Source of the DNA: an uncultured Acidobacteriota bacterium
GTDB taxonomy: Bacteria > Acidobacteriota > Thermoanaerobaculia > Multivoradales > UBA5704
Direction of reading: 5' to 3'
DNA: 64,000 nucleotides
Assembly (NCBI GenBank): GCA_963700145.1
Contig: OY969474.1
Location: 3,872,001-3,936,000, forward strand
Of this stretch, positions 28,220-38,563 are shown one piece after another; the first letter of the stretch is position 1; every line of letters begins with the position of its first letter. The notes beneath the pieces were generated by a model. It was not told the DNA's origin. It saw only the letters and a list, made by a program, of their open reading frames with translations, and made no database searches. The translations under genes were made by a program, and so were the position numbers.

Positions 28220-29242
28220 TCAGTAGCAGGTGTTCCAGGGGTACCAGGGGTCGTAGCAGGAGCTGGACGTCCAGTCGTAGCAGGAGAAGAACAGGTACTC
28301 GTAGCCCCACAGCTCGTCGCTGTAGCTGCCGTCGCACTGCGTCGTCCGCCGGTAGACATCGCGGCGGTAGACGTGCTCGACCCGGACGTGCCAGAGGCCG
28401 TCGTACCAGTACCAGATCTGGTCGGGATAGCAGATCTGGTCCCACCAGTAGACGTTGCTGCCGAGGTAGTACCAGCCGGTCGCCCAGTAGCTCACCGTCG
28501 GTCCTTCGCAGGGGGGCGGCGGGGGCGGCGGGTCGCAGCTCTCCAGGCAGTCCTGGTACTCGATCTCGCACTGCTCGCACCAGTCCATGCCCTCGCAGTA
28601 GGTGGCGTAGCACTGGTCGCGCTGCATCTGGCAGGTCTCTTCGCAGGTGGCTTCGGCGACGAACGTCTTGTCGGCGCTGGTCAGTGCCCTGATCTTGATC
28701 TTCGGCAGGTCCCGCTTCCCTTGCCCCGCGACCTGCGACTTGATGACCTCGGGGCGGAAGGGCGCCGCGAGCAGCGTCCGGCTCTCCTGCTCGAGCTCGG
28801 CGAAGGAGACGCTGCGCTGGAGCGAGCCGTCCTGCCAGACCTCGACGCGGACGCGGTCGGGCGCGGCGCGGCCGATCGCGGCCAGGAGCTTGCGCTCCGC
28901 GGGACGCATGGCGAGGAGCTCGACGACCGTCCGCGGGTTCAGCGCGTCGGCCGGCTTGGCGGGGGGCTGGAGGGACTTGAGCGGCAGCACCTCGGTCAGG
29001 TGGCGCTGCCCGTCGAGGAAGTAGCGCAGCTCGACGTCGGCCTGGCCGGCGAGCGCTTCGGCGTCGAAGAACAGGTGGTCGCCGGCCGAGCGCGGAAGCT
29101 GCCCGGCGGGCGCGAACTCGTGGTTCTTGGTGTTGGCGGGAGAGCACTGGAGCGGGGCCCCGCTCAGCGTGAACGAGGCCTCCGCGCGGGCGAGCGAGGG
29201 GACGACCATCAGCAGACAGAGAGCGATCGTTAGCCGCTTCAT
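28220..29242 (-). CDS. Secreted protein with Cys-rich and Tyr/Trp-rich C-terminal region
   Basis: RBS GAGGAGG; signal peptide; CEETCQMQRDQC...C repeats, poly-Pro linker. Confidence 0.75.
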   Translation of the reverse strand: MKRLTIALCLLMVVPSLARAEASFTLSGAPLQCSPANTKNHEFAPAGQLPRSAGDHLFFDAEALAGQADVELRYFLDGQRHLTEVLPLKSLQPPAKPADALNPRTVVELLAMRPAERKLLAAIGRAAPDRVRVEVWQDGSLQRSVSFAELEQESRTLLAAPFRPEVIKSQVAGQGKRDLPKIKIRALTSADKTFVAEATCEETCQMQRDQCYATYCEGMDWCEQCEIEYQDCLESCDPPPPPPPCEGPTVSYWATGWYYLGSNVYWWDQICYPDQIWYWYDGLWHVRVEHVYRRDVYRRTTQCDGSYSDELWGYEYLFFSCYDWTSSSCYDPWYPWNTCY

Positions 29243-29484
29243 TCCGAATCCTCCTCAGGTCGCGAGTCGTTCGTGAAAAAAGCGCCACACAAGGATGGAG
29301 GTCGCCCGGACCCTCCCCCCTGGGAGGCGAACGGCAGCGCAGCGGCGCCGGCGAGGAAGAGAAGCAGGGCATAAGGGATCAGGAGAAGCAGCGAAGACAG
29401 CGATATTGAACTAAGCAAAAGTCACGCCTGAGGGCGGGAACCTTCCTGCTACGCTAGCCGCGGGCAGGGCACGGAGGGCATCCG

Positions 29485-29988
29485 ATGCACACGTCCGAGC
29501 GTTGGCGGCACCTGCGGCGCCGCTGGGACATTTCCACCTACTACCAGCGCTTCGAGAGTCTGGTCGCGTTCGTCCTCACGGTCCTCATCAGCGGGATCGT
29601 CCTCGTCGCCTTGTATCGCCTGTCGGTCGGCGTCATCGCCAGCCTGGTGTTCGGCGCCCTCGACCCGCTCGACCACAAGGTCTTCCAGTCGATCTTCGGC
29701 GAGATCATGACGCTGCTCATCGCGCTGGAGTTCAACCACACCCTGCAGTACGTTGTGGCGAAAGAAGAGAGCATCATCCAGACGAAGGTCGTGCTGCTCA
29801 TCGCCCTCTTGGCCCTCGCGCGCAAGCTCATCATCTTCGACGTCCGCGAGCTGAGCCCCGACCAGCTCCTCGGGCTGGCCGCGGTCACCCTGGCCCTGGG
29901 GATCACCTACTGGCTGATGCGGGAGCGCGACGACCGGGCGCTGCAGGCCGCGGCCGGCCGGCCGGCGACCCCGGGGAGCCCGGCCTGA
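29485..29988 (+). CDS. PsiE-family membrane protein
   Basis: Four TM segments; FGEIMTLLIALEF, LIALLALARKLII. Confidence 0.85.
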   Translation: MHTSERWRHLRRRWDISTYYQRFESLVAFVLTVLISGIVLVALYRLSVGVIASLVFGALDPLDHKVFQSIFGEIMTLLIALEFNHTLQYVVAKEESIIQTKVVLLIALLALARKLIIFDVRELSPDQLLGLAAVTLALGITYWLMRERDDRALQAAAGRPATPGSPA

Positions 29989-30380
29989 CGACGCGAGAAG
30001 ATCCGCGCCTCGCGCGCTTCACCGGAATCTGCCTCGCCCTCCCGGAGGCGACGCGCGAGGACCAGGGCCGGCACGCCGCCTTCCTGGTGCGCAAGAGGAC
30101 CTTCGCCTACTACCTCGACGACCACCACGGCGACGGCATCGTCGCCGTCACCGCCAAGGCCCCGCTCGGCGAGAACGCCGACCTCGTCGCCCACGACCCC
30201 GAGAGGTACTACCTGCCCGCCTACATCGGCCCCAAAGGCTGGGTGGCGCTCCGCCTCGACCGCGGCCGGATCGACTGGCAGGAGGTCGCCGACCTCGTGA
30301 CCACAAGCTACCGCCTCGTCGCCCCCAAACGGCTGGCGGCGCAGGCTGCCGGCATGGGAAGTGCCTCCCCTGGGGGCTAA
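29985..30380 (+). CDS. MmcQ/YjbR family protein
   Basis: ICLALPEA, FLVRKRTFA, PAYIGPKGWV, SYRLVAPKRL; start uncertain (CTG overlapping upstream stop). Confidence 0.8.
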   Translation: MTTREDPRLARFTGICLALPEATREDQGRHAAFLVRKRTFAYYLDDHHGDGIVAVTAKAPLGENADLVAHDPERYYLPAYIGPKGWVALRLDRGRIDWQEVADLVTTSYRLVAPKRLAAQAAGMGSASPGG

Positions 30381-30389
30381 TATGGAGCC

Positions 30390-30728
30390 ATGGTTAAGAA
30401 GAAGGTTCCTCAGTTCGCCAACGAAGACGAGGAACGTGCGTTCTGGTCGGAGCACGACTCCACGGAATACCTCGACTGGTCGCACGCCCGCAGGGCCTCC
30501 GCACCGCACCGCCAACCTCCCGCATTCGTCCTCTGTCTGGAGCACGGTGGTTATGAGGCCTCGCTCGAGCCTCGGAAGGTCTACCGGGCAGTAGCAGATT
30601 CCGAGGCCGAGGCCCATGGCTTGATTCGGGTCATCGACGAATCTGGCGAGGATTACCTCTTCCCTGCCCATCTCTTCGTCCGCATTCAGGTTCCGGAGCA
30701 AGCCGAGAAGGCCTTCGCAGTCGGCTGA
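30390..30728 (+). CDS. Apparent fusion of an antitoxin-like N-terminus and a small hypothetical domain
   Basis: KKVPQFANEDEERAFWSEHDSTEY followed by FVLCLEH.GYEASLE.RKVY...RVIDESGEDYLFP. Confidence 0.6.
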   Translation: MVKKKVPQFANEDEERAFWSEHDSTEYLDWSHARRASAPHRQPPAFVLCLEHGGYEASLEPRKVYRAVADSEAEAHGLIRVIDESGEDYLFPAHLFVRIQVPEQAEKAFAVG

Positions 30729-30770
30729 CGGGCCCGGCGCGCCAAAGGCGCGCTGCTAGAGTCGCGGACG

Positions 30771-31796
30771 ATGCCCCTCGAGGCCGTCGTCGCTCCGAAC
30801 GAAGTTTCGGGCCCTCTTGCGGGGCTCCGCGCCCGCGCCCGCGGCGGGCCGCGGGCGGTGGTGGTGTTGGCAGAGGGGGAGGACCCGCGGGTGGTGCGGG
30901 CGGCGGCGGTGGCGGGGCGGGAGGGGATCTGCCGGCCGCTGCTGGTGGGGGCGCCGGAGCGGGTGGCGCTGGCGGCGGCGGAGGCAGGGGTGGAGGTGCC
31001 GGGGGACGTGATGGACCCGGCGGCCGATCCTTTCTTGCCTGAGCTGACCGAGCACCTTGCCCGCCGGCTCGGCGATCAGGCCGCATTGGCCCCCGAGCTG
31101 GTCCGCGATCCGCTCCATTACGCCTGCCTGCTGGTGGCAACGGGCCGCGCCGGCGGGGCGGTGATGGGGGCGGTGGCGCCGACGGCGCAGACGGTGCGCG
31201 CGGCCCTGCGCGCCATCGGGCCCCGACCCGGCCTGCGAGTGGTCTCCTCCTGCTTCCTCATGGTCCTCCCCGACGGCCGCGCCCTGGTCTACAGCGACTG
31301 CGGCGTCGTCCCCGACCCGACGCCGGCGGCGCTGGCGGACATCGCCGAGGCGGCGGCGGGGAGCTGCCGGGTGCTGCTGGGGGAGGAGCCGCGGGTGGCG
31401 CTTCTCTCCTTCTCGACGCACGGCAGCGCCGCGCACCCGCGGGTCGAGAAGGTGCGGCGGGCGGTGGAGCTGCTGCGGGAGCGGGGGGTCGCCTTCGCCT
31501 TCGACGGCGAGCTCCAGGCCGACGCGGCGCTGGTGCCGGAGGTGGCGCGGCGGAAGGCGCCGGGGAGCCCGCTGGGCGGCGACGCCAACGTGCTGGTCTT
31601 TCCCGACCTCGACTCCGGAAACATCGCCTACAAGCTGACCGAGCGGCTGGCCGGGGCGCGAGCGATCGGGCCGCTGCTGCAGGGTCTCGCCAAGCCGGTG
31701 CACGACCTGTCGCGCGGCTGCTGCGCCGAAGACATCGTGGACGTGCTGGCGGTGGCGGCGCTCGAGGCGCAGGCGGCGGCGGGAAGCGCCGGATGA
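30771..31796 (+). CDS. pta: Phosphate acetyltransferase
   Basis: [45 protein letters not shown]. Confidence 0.92.
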   Translation: MPLEAVVAPNEVSGPLAGLRARARGGPRAVVVLAEGEDPRVVRAAAVAGREGICRPLLVGAPERVALAAAEAGVEVPGDVMDPAADPFLPELTEHLARRLGDQAALAPELVRDPLHYACLLVATGRAGGAVMGAVAPTAQTVRAALRAIGPRPGLRVVSSCFLMVLPDGRALVYSDCGVVPDPTPAALADIAEAAAGSCRVLLGEEPRVALLSFSTHGSAAHPRVEKVRRAVELLRERGVAFAFDGELQADAALVPEVARRKAPGSPLGGDANVLVFPDLDSGNIAYKLTERLAGARAIGPLLQGLAKPVHDLSRGCCAEDIVDVLAVAALEAQAAAGSAG

Positions 31797-33085
31797 GAGT
31801 CCTCGTCGTCGGCGGCGGGGGCCGCGAGCACGCGCTCTGCTGGAAGCTGCGGCAGAGCCCGGAATGCGACGAGCTGTACTGCGCGCCGGGGAACCCGGGG
31901 ATCGCGGACGTCGCCGACCGGGTGCCGATCGCCGCCGAGGAGATCGTACGGCTGGCCGACTTCGCGCGCGACATGCGGATCGACCTGACGGTCGTGGGGC
32001 CGGAGCTGCCGCTGGCGCTCGGGCTCGCCGACGAGCTGGCCTCCCGCGGGCTCGCCGTCTTCGGCCCCTCGGCCCGCGCCGCCGAGCTCGAGGGGAGCAA
32101 GGCCTTCGCCAAGCAGTTCATGGAGCGGCACGGCATCCCGACCGCGCCCTTCCGGCTGGCCCACGACGCCGCCGAGGCGCGGGCGGCGCGGCAGGAGCTC
32201 GGGCTCCCGATCGTGCTCAAGGCCGACGGCCTGGCCTCGGGCAAGGGGGTCTTCGTTTGCGCCTCGGAAGACGAGCTCGACGACGCCCTCGCCGCCCTCT
32301 TCGAGGAGCGCCGCTTCGGCGCCAGCGGCGAGCGCGTCGTGGTCGAGCAGTTCCTCGAGGGCGAGGAGGTCTCCTTCCTCGCCCTCGCCGACGGCGAGCG
32401 CCTGCTGCCGCTCGCCACCGCCAAGGACTACAAGCGGATCGGCGACGGCGACACCGGCCCCAACACCGGCGGCATGGGGTGCCACAGCCCGTCCGGCCTC
32501 TTCACGGCCGAGATCGCCTCCGAGGTCCTCGACAAGGTCCTGCGGCCGACGATCGCCGGCATGGCCGCCGAGGCCCGCCCTTTCGTCGGCGTCCTCTACG
32601 CCGGCCTGATGCTCACCGCCGAGGGGCCGCGCGTCCTCGAGTTCAACGCCCGCTTCGGCGACCCGGAGGCGCAGGCGATCCTGCTGCGGCTGGAGGACGA
32701 CCTCCTGCCGATCCTCGCCGCCGCCGCCGCCGGGCGCTTCGAGACGCCGCGCCTGCGCTTCCGCCCGCAGGCCGCGGCCTGCGTCGTCCTGGCGAGCCCC
32801 GGCTACCCCGGGAAGCCGGTGACCGGCGAGCCGATCGGCGGCCTCGAGCGAGCGGCGAAGCTGCCTGGGGTCGAGATCTTCCACGCCGGCACCACGCTCG
32901 ACGAGGACGGCTGGCTGGTCTCCGGCGGCGGCCGCGTGCTCGACGTCTGCGCCCTGGGCGCGGACCTGGTCGAGGCGCTCCACCGCGCCTACGCCGCCGT
33001 CCAGCAGGTCGAATGGGCGGGCAAGACCTACCGCCGCGACATCGGCCGCCGCGTCGTCGATCGCATCGCCGAAGTCCAGCATTGA
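31793..33085 (+). CDS. purD: Phosphoribosylamine-glycine ligase
   Basis: [47 protein letters not shown]. Confidence 0.97.
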   Translation: MRVLVVGGGGREHALCWKLRQSPECDELYCAPGNPGIADVADRVPIAAEEIVRLADFARDMRIDLTVVGPELPLALGLADELASRGLAVFGPSARAAELEGSKAFAKQFMERHGIPTAPFRLAHDAAEARAARQELGLPIVLKADGLASGKGVFVCASEDELDDALAALFEERRFGASGERVVVEQFLEGEEVSFLALADGERLLPLATAKDYKRIGDGDTGPNTGGMGCHSPSGLFTAEIASEVLDKVLRPTIAGMAAEARPFVGVLYAGLMLTAEGPRVLEFNARFGDPEAQAILLRLEDDLLPILAAAAAGRFETPRLRFRPQAAACVVLASPGYPGKPVTGEPIGGLERAAKLPGVEIFHAGTTLDEDGWLVSGGGRVLDVCALGADLVEALHRAYAAVQQVEWAGKTYRRDIGRRVVDRIAEVQH

Positions 33086-33210
33086 CGCGGACTTAGCCCG
33101 CTGCCACAATGCCCGCGGCCCTCGGCCGCCAGGAAAACTCCGCGCTGGTACCCAACGTGCATCGGGTACGCGAGCGGTATCGGCGCGTTCGCAGGAAGGA
33201 AGTCGTCAAC

Positions 33211-33939
33211 ATGGGATGCTCCGGTTGCTCCTTCGCAGGGATGTCCACCGCCGTCGAAGACACCTACGTCGGCGTTCGCTTTCGTGAAGAGACGAACTTG
33301 ACCCTCTGCGCCACCAACGGACAGATCTACGCGCGCGGCGCGCGCGTGGTCGTCGAGCTCGAAGGCGGGCCCGCCTTCGGCGTCGTCGAGGCCTCGCCGA
33401 TGCCGGTCTTCAAGCCCTGCCAGAAGTCGAGCGCGCGGCCGATCCTCCGCCCCGCCTCGGCCGGCGACACCGCCGACTTCGACCGCCAGCGCCAGCACGA
33501 GCAGCAGGGCAAGCTCTTCGCCCAGGAGCGGGTGCGCGCCCTCGGGCTCGACATGAAGGTCTCGCGCGTCGACTTCGCGCTCAGCGGCAAGAAGGCCACC
33601 TTCTACTTCACCGCCGAGCAGCGGGTCGACTTCCGCCAGCTCGTCCGCGACATCTCCTCGCGCTTCTCGGCGCGGGTCAAGATGGTGCAGGTCGGGGCGC
33701 GCGACGAGGCGGGTCTGGTCGGCGGCATCGGCGTCTGCGGCCGCACGCTCTGCTGCTCGACCTGGCTCCACGACTTCCGGCCGATCTCGATCCAGATGGC
33801 GAAGCGGCAGAACCTGTCGCTCAACCCGTCGAAGATCTCGGGGCAGTGCGGGCGGCTCCTCTGCTGCCTGGCCTACGAGGACGACCAGTACCGCAGCAAG
33901 AACCCGGAGGGGCGCGCGCCGGCGTCGCCCGCTGCCTGA
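33211..33939 (+). CDS. ricT: PSP1/RicT (YaaT) family Fe-S protein
   Basis: [49 protein letters not shown]. Confidence 0.9.
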   Translation: MGCSGCSFAGMSTAVEDTYVGVRFREETNLTLCATNGQIYARGARVVVELEGGPAFGVVEASPMPVFKPCQKSSARPILRPASAGDTADFDRQRQHEQQGKLFAQERVRALGLDMKVSRVDFALSGKKATFYFTAEQRVDFRQLVRDISSRFSARVKMVQVGARDEAGLVGGIGVCGRTLCCSTWLHDFRPISIQMAKRQNLSLNPSKISGQCGRLLCCLAYEDDQYRSKNPEGRAPASPAA

Positions 33940-34292
33940 TGGCCAACCGCAAGCTGATCCGCCCCGACATGAACGAGCTCAAGAAGGAGCTGCCGTCGCG
34001 CAGCGTGCGCCGCAAGCAGTCGCCGCCCGAGCAGACCAACGCCGAGGAGTTCTACTACCTCAAGAACATGGCGGCGCGGACGCCGATGGTGGTGGTGCTG
34101 GTGAACGACGAGGAGCTGCACGGCTGGATCGAGTGGTACGACAAGGGCGCGATCAAGCTCAACCGCAACTCCGGCCCCAACCTGCTGATCCAGAAGCACG
34201 CCATCCGCTACCTCTTCAAGGAGGAGGAGCTGCGACGCCGCTCCCCTCGGCGCGGGCCGGCGGGCAGCGACGAGTCGCCGTTCCCGCGCTGA
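33939..34292 (+). CDS. Hfq-like Sm-fold RNA chaperone
   Basis: [30 protein letters not shown]; TGATG coupling with ricT. Confidence 0.75.
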   Translation: MANRKLIRPDMNELKKELPSRSVRRKQSPPEQTNAEEFYYLKNMAARTPMVVVLVNDEELHGWIEWYDKGAIKLNRNSGPNLLIQKHAIRYLFKEEELRRRSPRRGPAGSDESPFPR

Positions 34293-34321
34293 CGCCGGAG
34301 GGCGTCTCCTGAGCACCTCCG

Positions 34322-34359
34322 CTGTCATCCCGAGCGCAGCGAGGGATCTGGGCGGGGGG
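34322..34359 (+). repeat. Left half of a dispersed palindromic repeat
   Basis: CTGTCATCCCGAGCGCAGCGAGGGATCTGGGCGGGGG nearly matches 53929-53966. Confidence 0.75.
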
Positions 34360-34368
34360 CCTCGCTGG

Positions 34369-35370
34369 TTGGCCTTCACGCAAGGCGACCCGGCGGGCGT
34401 CGGCCCCGAGATCCTCCTCAAGCTGCTCCAGTCCTCGCCGCCCACCGCATCCTGGCGTCCTTTGCTTGTCGCCGAGCGCGCCGCGTTGGAAGCGCTGCGG
34501 CCGGTCCTCCCCGCCGCTCCCTGGGACCGCCTTCTCTACCTGAGCGGTTCTCCCACGCGAGGAGAGCTGGATCGGGTGAGCGGCATCCCCGTCCTCGACC
34601 CCGTCGGCGCGCCGCGCCCGATCGCCTTCGGCGCCTCCGGCCCCGCCGACGCCGCCGGCGCCCTCGCCGCGCTCGACCTCGGCGCGCGGCTGGCGCGCGA
34701 CGGCGTGGCCGACGCCCTGGTCACCGCACCGGTCTCCAAGGAGTCGATCGCCCGCCACGTCCTCCCCGGCTTCACCGGCCACACCGAGCGCCTGGCCGAA
34801 GCCTGCGGCCTCGAGCGCTACGGCCGCGACTATCTGATGGCCTTCCTCGCCCCCGACCTCCAGGTCGTGCTGCTGACCGTCCACCTGCCGCTCGCCGCGG
34901 CGCTCACGCGGGTGCGGCGCGAGGCGGTCGAGGAGGCGCTCGCCTGCCTCGCCCGCCACGCCGGCGGGCGGATCGCGCTCGCCGGGCTCAACCCGCACGC
35001 CGGCGAGGGGGGGCTCCTGGGAGCGGAGGAGGAGCGGGAGCTGGCGCCGGCGGTGGCGGCGGCGCGGGAGCGCGGGCTCGACGTCCACGGCCCGGAGAGC
35101 GCCGACTCGCTCTTCGCCCGCGCCCGCGGCGGCGAGTTCGACTGGGTGCTGGCGCTCTACCACGACCAGGGGCTGGTGGCGGTCAAGACGGCGGCCTTCG
35201 GCCTGGCCACGAACTGGACGCTCGGCCTGCCGTACCTGCGCACTTCGGTCGATCACGGGACGGCGTTCGGGATCGCGGGGCGCGGCGTGGCCGACGCCAG
35301 GCCGCTGGCGCAGGTGGTGGAGACGACGCTGAAGCTGCTGTCGGGCGAGCTGCCGCTGCGGCGCTACTGA
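34369..35370 (+). CDS. pdxA: 4-hydroxythreonine-4-phosphate dehydrogenase
   Basis: GDPAGVGPE, TAPVSK, GHTE, LNPHAGE, YHDQGL, RTSVDHGTAF. Confidence 0.95.
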   Translation: MAFTQGDPAGVGPEILLKLLQSSPPTASWRPLLVAERAALEALRPVLPAAPWDRLLYLSGSPTRGELDRVSGIPVLDPVGAPRPIAFGASGPADAAGALAALDLGARLARDGVADALVTAPVSKESIARHVLPGFTGHTERLAEACGLERYGRDYLMAFLAPDLQVVLLTVHLPLAAALTRVRREAVEEALACLARHAGGRIALAGLNPHAGEGGLLGAEEERELAPAVAAARERGLDVHGPESADSLFARARGGEFDWVLALYHDQGLVAVKTAAFGLATNWTLGLPYLRTSVDHGTAFGIAGRGVADARPLAQVVETTLKLLSGELPLRRY

Positions 35371-36776
35371 AAAAACCCGTTCACGTCCACGATCAGATGG
35401 ACCATTCCATTTGCCCCTGAGCTGTGGTGGACGGCGAGGGTGCCGGTGCCGCTCGAGGCGAGCATCAGCACGGCGTTATTGCCGCGGACCTGGCCGGCGG
35501 CGAAGTTGACGGTGCTCGTCGCGCCGCCGTCGGCGTTGCCGGGGAAGAAGGTGAGGTAGCCGCCCGCGGTCGCGCCGGCCACCGTCACGTTGACCGACAC
35601 CGCCTTGGCGGCCGCCGGGATGCCGCACCGCCCCGTCATCTGGAACACCCGGTGCCAGCCGGGGAAGAGCGCCGGCGCTCCCCAGGGACCGAAGGGGTTG
35701 CGGGTGTCGAGCACGCGGCAGGGGGTGAGGGTGTGGAAGCCGAGACTCGCGGTGCCGGTCCCCACCACCGGCCGCCAGCCGAGCTGGATCACCTCGAAGT
35801 CGTCGCGGTGGAGCGAGGCGAAGGCCGGGTTCAGCACGTCGTTGTTCCAGCGCGTGTCGTAGGTCCCCTGGACGTAGAGGTCGCTGCCGTTGTCGGCCAC
35901 CACCAGGCCGTAGGTCTTCATCGCCTGCGCGATGCGCTGGATCGCCGCGGCCTCGGCAGGCGTGGCGTCGCCGGGGATCGTCGGGTTGACGTTCGCCTTG
36001 AGGCGCAGGCGCGCGCCGAGCGGCAGGGCGTTGGCGCCCGTCGTGGCGTCGTGCGAGGCGGGGTAGACGTAGCCGGTCGTCGGGTGGACGGTGACGCGAA
36101 AGGCGCGGCGGATGGGGTCGGTGCCGAAGGCCTCGTCGTAGCGCGCCAAGCCGGGCAGGATGGCGAGCCCGGCGGCGTCGGCGCTGGTCCAGGTCTCGGG
36201 GCGGCGGTTGTTGCCGTCGAGCGAGAAGATCGCGCCGGAGCTCGCCTCCCAGCGTCCCAGCCCGGCGTTCCAGAAGGCCCGGTAGAGCTCGTAGAGGAGC
36301 CGGTTGTCGCGGTCGACAATCAGCAGGTGCCGGTCGCCGCCGGGATCGACGTTGCCCGGGTAGCCGCCCTCGATCCACTTGGCCTGCGTCTTCGCCTCCT
36401 CGGGGACCGGATAGCCGACCGGCCGGCCCGGGACGCCGGGGTCGCTCTGGCTGCCGAACTCGACCCAGGTGATCGGCTGGAGCGGCTGGCTGCCGGAGAC
36501 CGAGACGTACGGCATGCCGTAGATCTCCGGGAAGTCCGGCGCGTCGCCGCCGAAGTCGGGGTGCAGGCCGACGTTCGAGGCGATTGTGGTGTTGAGCAGG
36601 GCGGTGCTGTTGCCGGCGACCGGCGCCGCCGAGACGTCCACGTTCCACCAGTTGTCCGCCGGAAAGAGCGGCAGCGGCTGGGGCAGCGGGCCGTTGCGCT
36701 GGGGCTGGGCGAGGGCGGCGGTGGAGATGGCCGCCAGGACGAGTGCTGCGATCGATGCCAATCGTCGAATAGCCAT
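35364..36776 (-). CDS. Secreted hypothetical protein with C-terminal PCRVLDTR-type domain
   Basis: Signal peptide; GDRH, WTSADAAGL, KTYGLVVADNGS; C-terminal TPCRVLDTR...HLIVDVNGFF. Confidence 0.8.
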   Translation of the reverse strand: MAIRRLASIAALVLAAISTAALAQPQRNGPLPQPLPLFPADNWWNVDVSAAPVAGNSTALLNTTIASNVGLHPDFGGDAPDFPEIYGMPYVSVSGSQPLQPITWVEFGSQSDPGVPGRPVGYPVPEEAKTQAKWIEGGYPGNVDPGGDRHLLIVDRDNRLLYELYRAFWNAGLGRWEASSGAIFSLDGNNRRPETWTSADAAGLAILPGLARYDEAFGTDPIRRAFRVTVHPTTGYVYPASHDATTGANALPLGARLRLKANVNPTIPGDATPAEAAAIQRIAQAMKTYGLVVADNGSDLYVQGTYDTRWNNDVLNPAFASLHRDDFEVIQLGWRPVVGTGTASLGFHTLTPCRVLDTRNPFGPWGAPALFPGWHRVFQMTGRCGIPAAAKAVSVNVTVAGATAGGYLTFFPGNADGGATSTVNFAAGQVRGNNAVLMLASSGTGTLAVHHSSGANGMVHLIVDVNGFFQ

Positions 36777-36824
36777 TCGGCAATGGCTACTCTACCGCGG
36801 TACGGGCTTACTGCGGGCGCGCCG

Positions 36825-38234
36825 CTACCCGTGCGCCAGCCGCTTCGTGCCCTTGAGGCCCGAGCTGAAGTCGCGCAGCGTCTGCTTGGCGTCGCCGAGG
36901 ACCATCAACGTGTTCGGCTGGACGAAGAGCTCGTTCTCGATCCCTGAGAAGCCGGGGTTCATGCTCCGCTTGAGCACGATGACCGCCTGCGCCTCGTCGA
37001 CGTGGAAGACCGGCATGCCGTAGATCGGGCTTCCCGGGTTGTCGCGCGCCGCCGGGTTGACGACGTCGTTGGCGCCGATGACCAGCACCGCGTCGGTGCG
37101 CGCGAACTCGTCGTTGATCTGGTCGAGGTCGTAGATCTGGTCGTAGGGGACGTTGGCCTCGGCGAGGAGCACGTTCATGTGCCCGGGCATCCGCCCGGCC
37201 ACCGGATGGACGGCGTAGCGCACCTGGACGCCGCGCCCCTCGAGCGCCTGCGTCAGCTCGTGGGTGGCGTGCTGCGCCTGCGACACCGCCATGCCGTACC
37301 CCGGCACGATGACCAGCGACTGCGCCGCCTCGAGGACGCCGAGCGCGTCGTCGACCGTCGCCAGGTTGTAGCTCGGCTGCCCGGCGCCGGGGGCTGTCGC
37401 GTCGCCGGCGTCCTCGGCGGGCGCCTTGCCGAAGGCGCCGAAGAGGACGTTGGCGAAGGAGCGGTTCATCGCCTGGCTCATCTTGAGCGAGAGGAGGAAC
37501 CCCGAGGTGCCGTCGAGCGCGCCGGCGATGATCAGCACGTAGTTGTTGAGCGCGAAGCCGGTCGCCGCCGCGGCGAGACCGGCGTAGGAGTTGAGGAGCG
37601 AGATGACGACCGGCATGTCGGCGCCGCCGATCGGCACGACCGCCAGCACCCCGACCGCGAGACCGAGCGCCCCCATCAGGTAGAAGAGCGCGGCGCGGCT
37701 TGGATCGGCCACCACCAAAACGAGCAGGACGAGCGCGCCGGCGAAGAGCGCGATGTTCGAGGCGTTCTGGCCACGGTAGGTCACCGGCCGGCCGGTCACC
37801 AGCCCTTGCAGCTTGCCGAAGGCCATGAGGCTGCCGGTGAAGGTGAGGAAGCCCAGGAAGACTTCGAGCGCCAGGGCGCCCATGGTGAAACGGTCGATGC
37901 CGCTGCCGCGGTGGACGTACTCGGAGACGCCGACGAGCGCCGCCGCCAGGCCGCCGAAGGAGTGCGAGAGCGCGATCCGCTCCGGCATCTTGGTCATCGG
38001 GATCCAGATCGCCATCGAGGCGCCGATGAGGGAGCCGATGATCAGGCCGGCGATGATCCATTCGAAGCGGATGATCTCGGTGGCGAGGAGGGTGCCGACG
38101 ACCGCCACCAGCATGCCGAAGGCGCCGAGGAGGTTCCCCTGCCGCGCGCGCTTCGGCGACGAAAGCGCCTGGAGGGCGAGGATGAAGCAGACCGAGGCGA
38201 CGAGGTAGGCGAGCGGGATGAGCGACGAGTCCAT
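36825..38234 (-). CDS. pntB: NAD(P) transhydrogenase subunit beta
   Basis: IGGADMPVVISLLNSY, AMNRS, VPGYGMAV, HPVAGRMPGHMNVLLAEA, IGANDVVNP. Confidence 0.96.
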   Translation of the reverse strand: MDSSLIPLAYLVASVCFILALQALSSPKRARQGNLLGAFGMLVAVVGTLLATEIIRFEWIIAGLIIGSLIGASMAIWIPMTKMPERIALSHSFGGLAAALVGVSEYVHRGSGIDRFTMGALALEVFLGFLTFTGSLMAFGKLQGLVTGRPVTYRGQNASNIALFAGALVLLVLVVADPSRAALFYLMGALGLAVGVLAVVPIGGADMPVVISLLNSYAGLAAAATGFALNNYVLIIAGALDGTSGFLLSLKMSQAMNRSFANVLFGAFGKAPAEDAGDATAPGAGQPSYNLATVDDALGVLEAAQSLVIVPGYGMAVSQAQHATHELTQALEGRGVQVRYAVHPVAGRMPGHMNVLLAEANVPYDQIYDLDQINDEFARTDAVLVIGANDVVNPAARDNPGSPIYGMPVFHVDEAQAVIVLKRSMNPGFSGIENELFVQPNTLMVLGDAKQTLRDFSSGLKGTKRLAHG

Positions 38235-38254
38235 CGCGGCCGAGCGCCTCCTGC

Positions 38255-38563
38255 CTACCGCGACTTGGCCGGCGGGACCGGCCGCCGCGTGCGGAACATG
38301 CGCAGCATGCGGTCGGTGATCATGAACCCGCCGACCGTGTTGATCGTGGCGCAGGTGACGGCGACGAAGCCGAGGATCGTGGAGAGCGTGTTGTAGTCGG
38401 CGCCGGCGGCGACCAGCGAGCCGACCAGCGAGATGCCGGAGATCGCGTTGGTGCCGGACATCAACGGCGTGTGCAGCAGCGGCGGCACCTTGGAGATCAC
38501 CTGGTAGCCCAGGAAGCCGGCCAGCACGAAGACGTAGAGCCCGAAGAGCAGCTCGTTCGACAC
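38255..38563 (-). CDS. NAD(P) transhydrogenase subunit alpha, membrane part 2
   Basis: VPPLLHTPLMSGTNAISG, GGFMITDRMLRMF; RBS GGAGG before GTG. Confidence 0.93.
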   Translation of the reverse strand: MSNELLFGLYVFVLAGFLGYQVISKVPPLLHTPLMSGTNAISGISLVGSLVAAGADYNTLSTILGFVAVTCATINTVGGFMITDRMLRMFRTRRPVPPAKSR

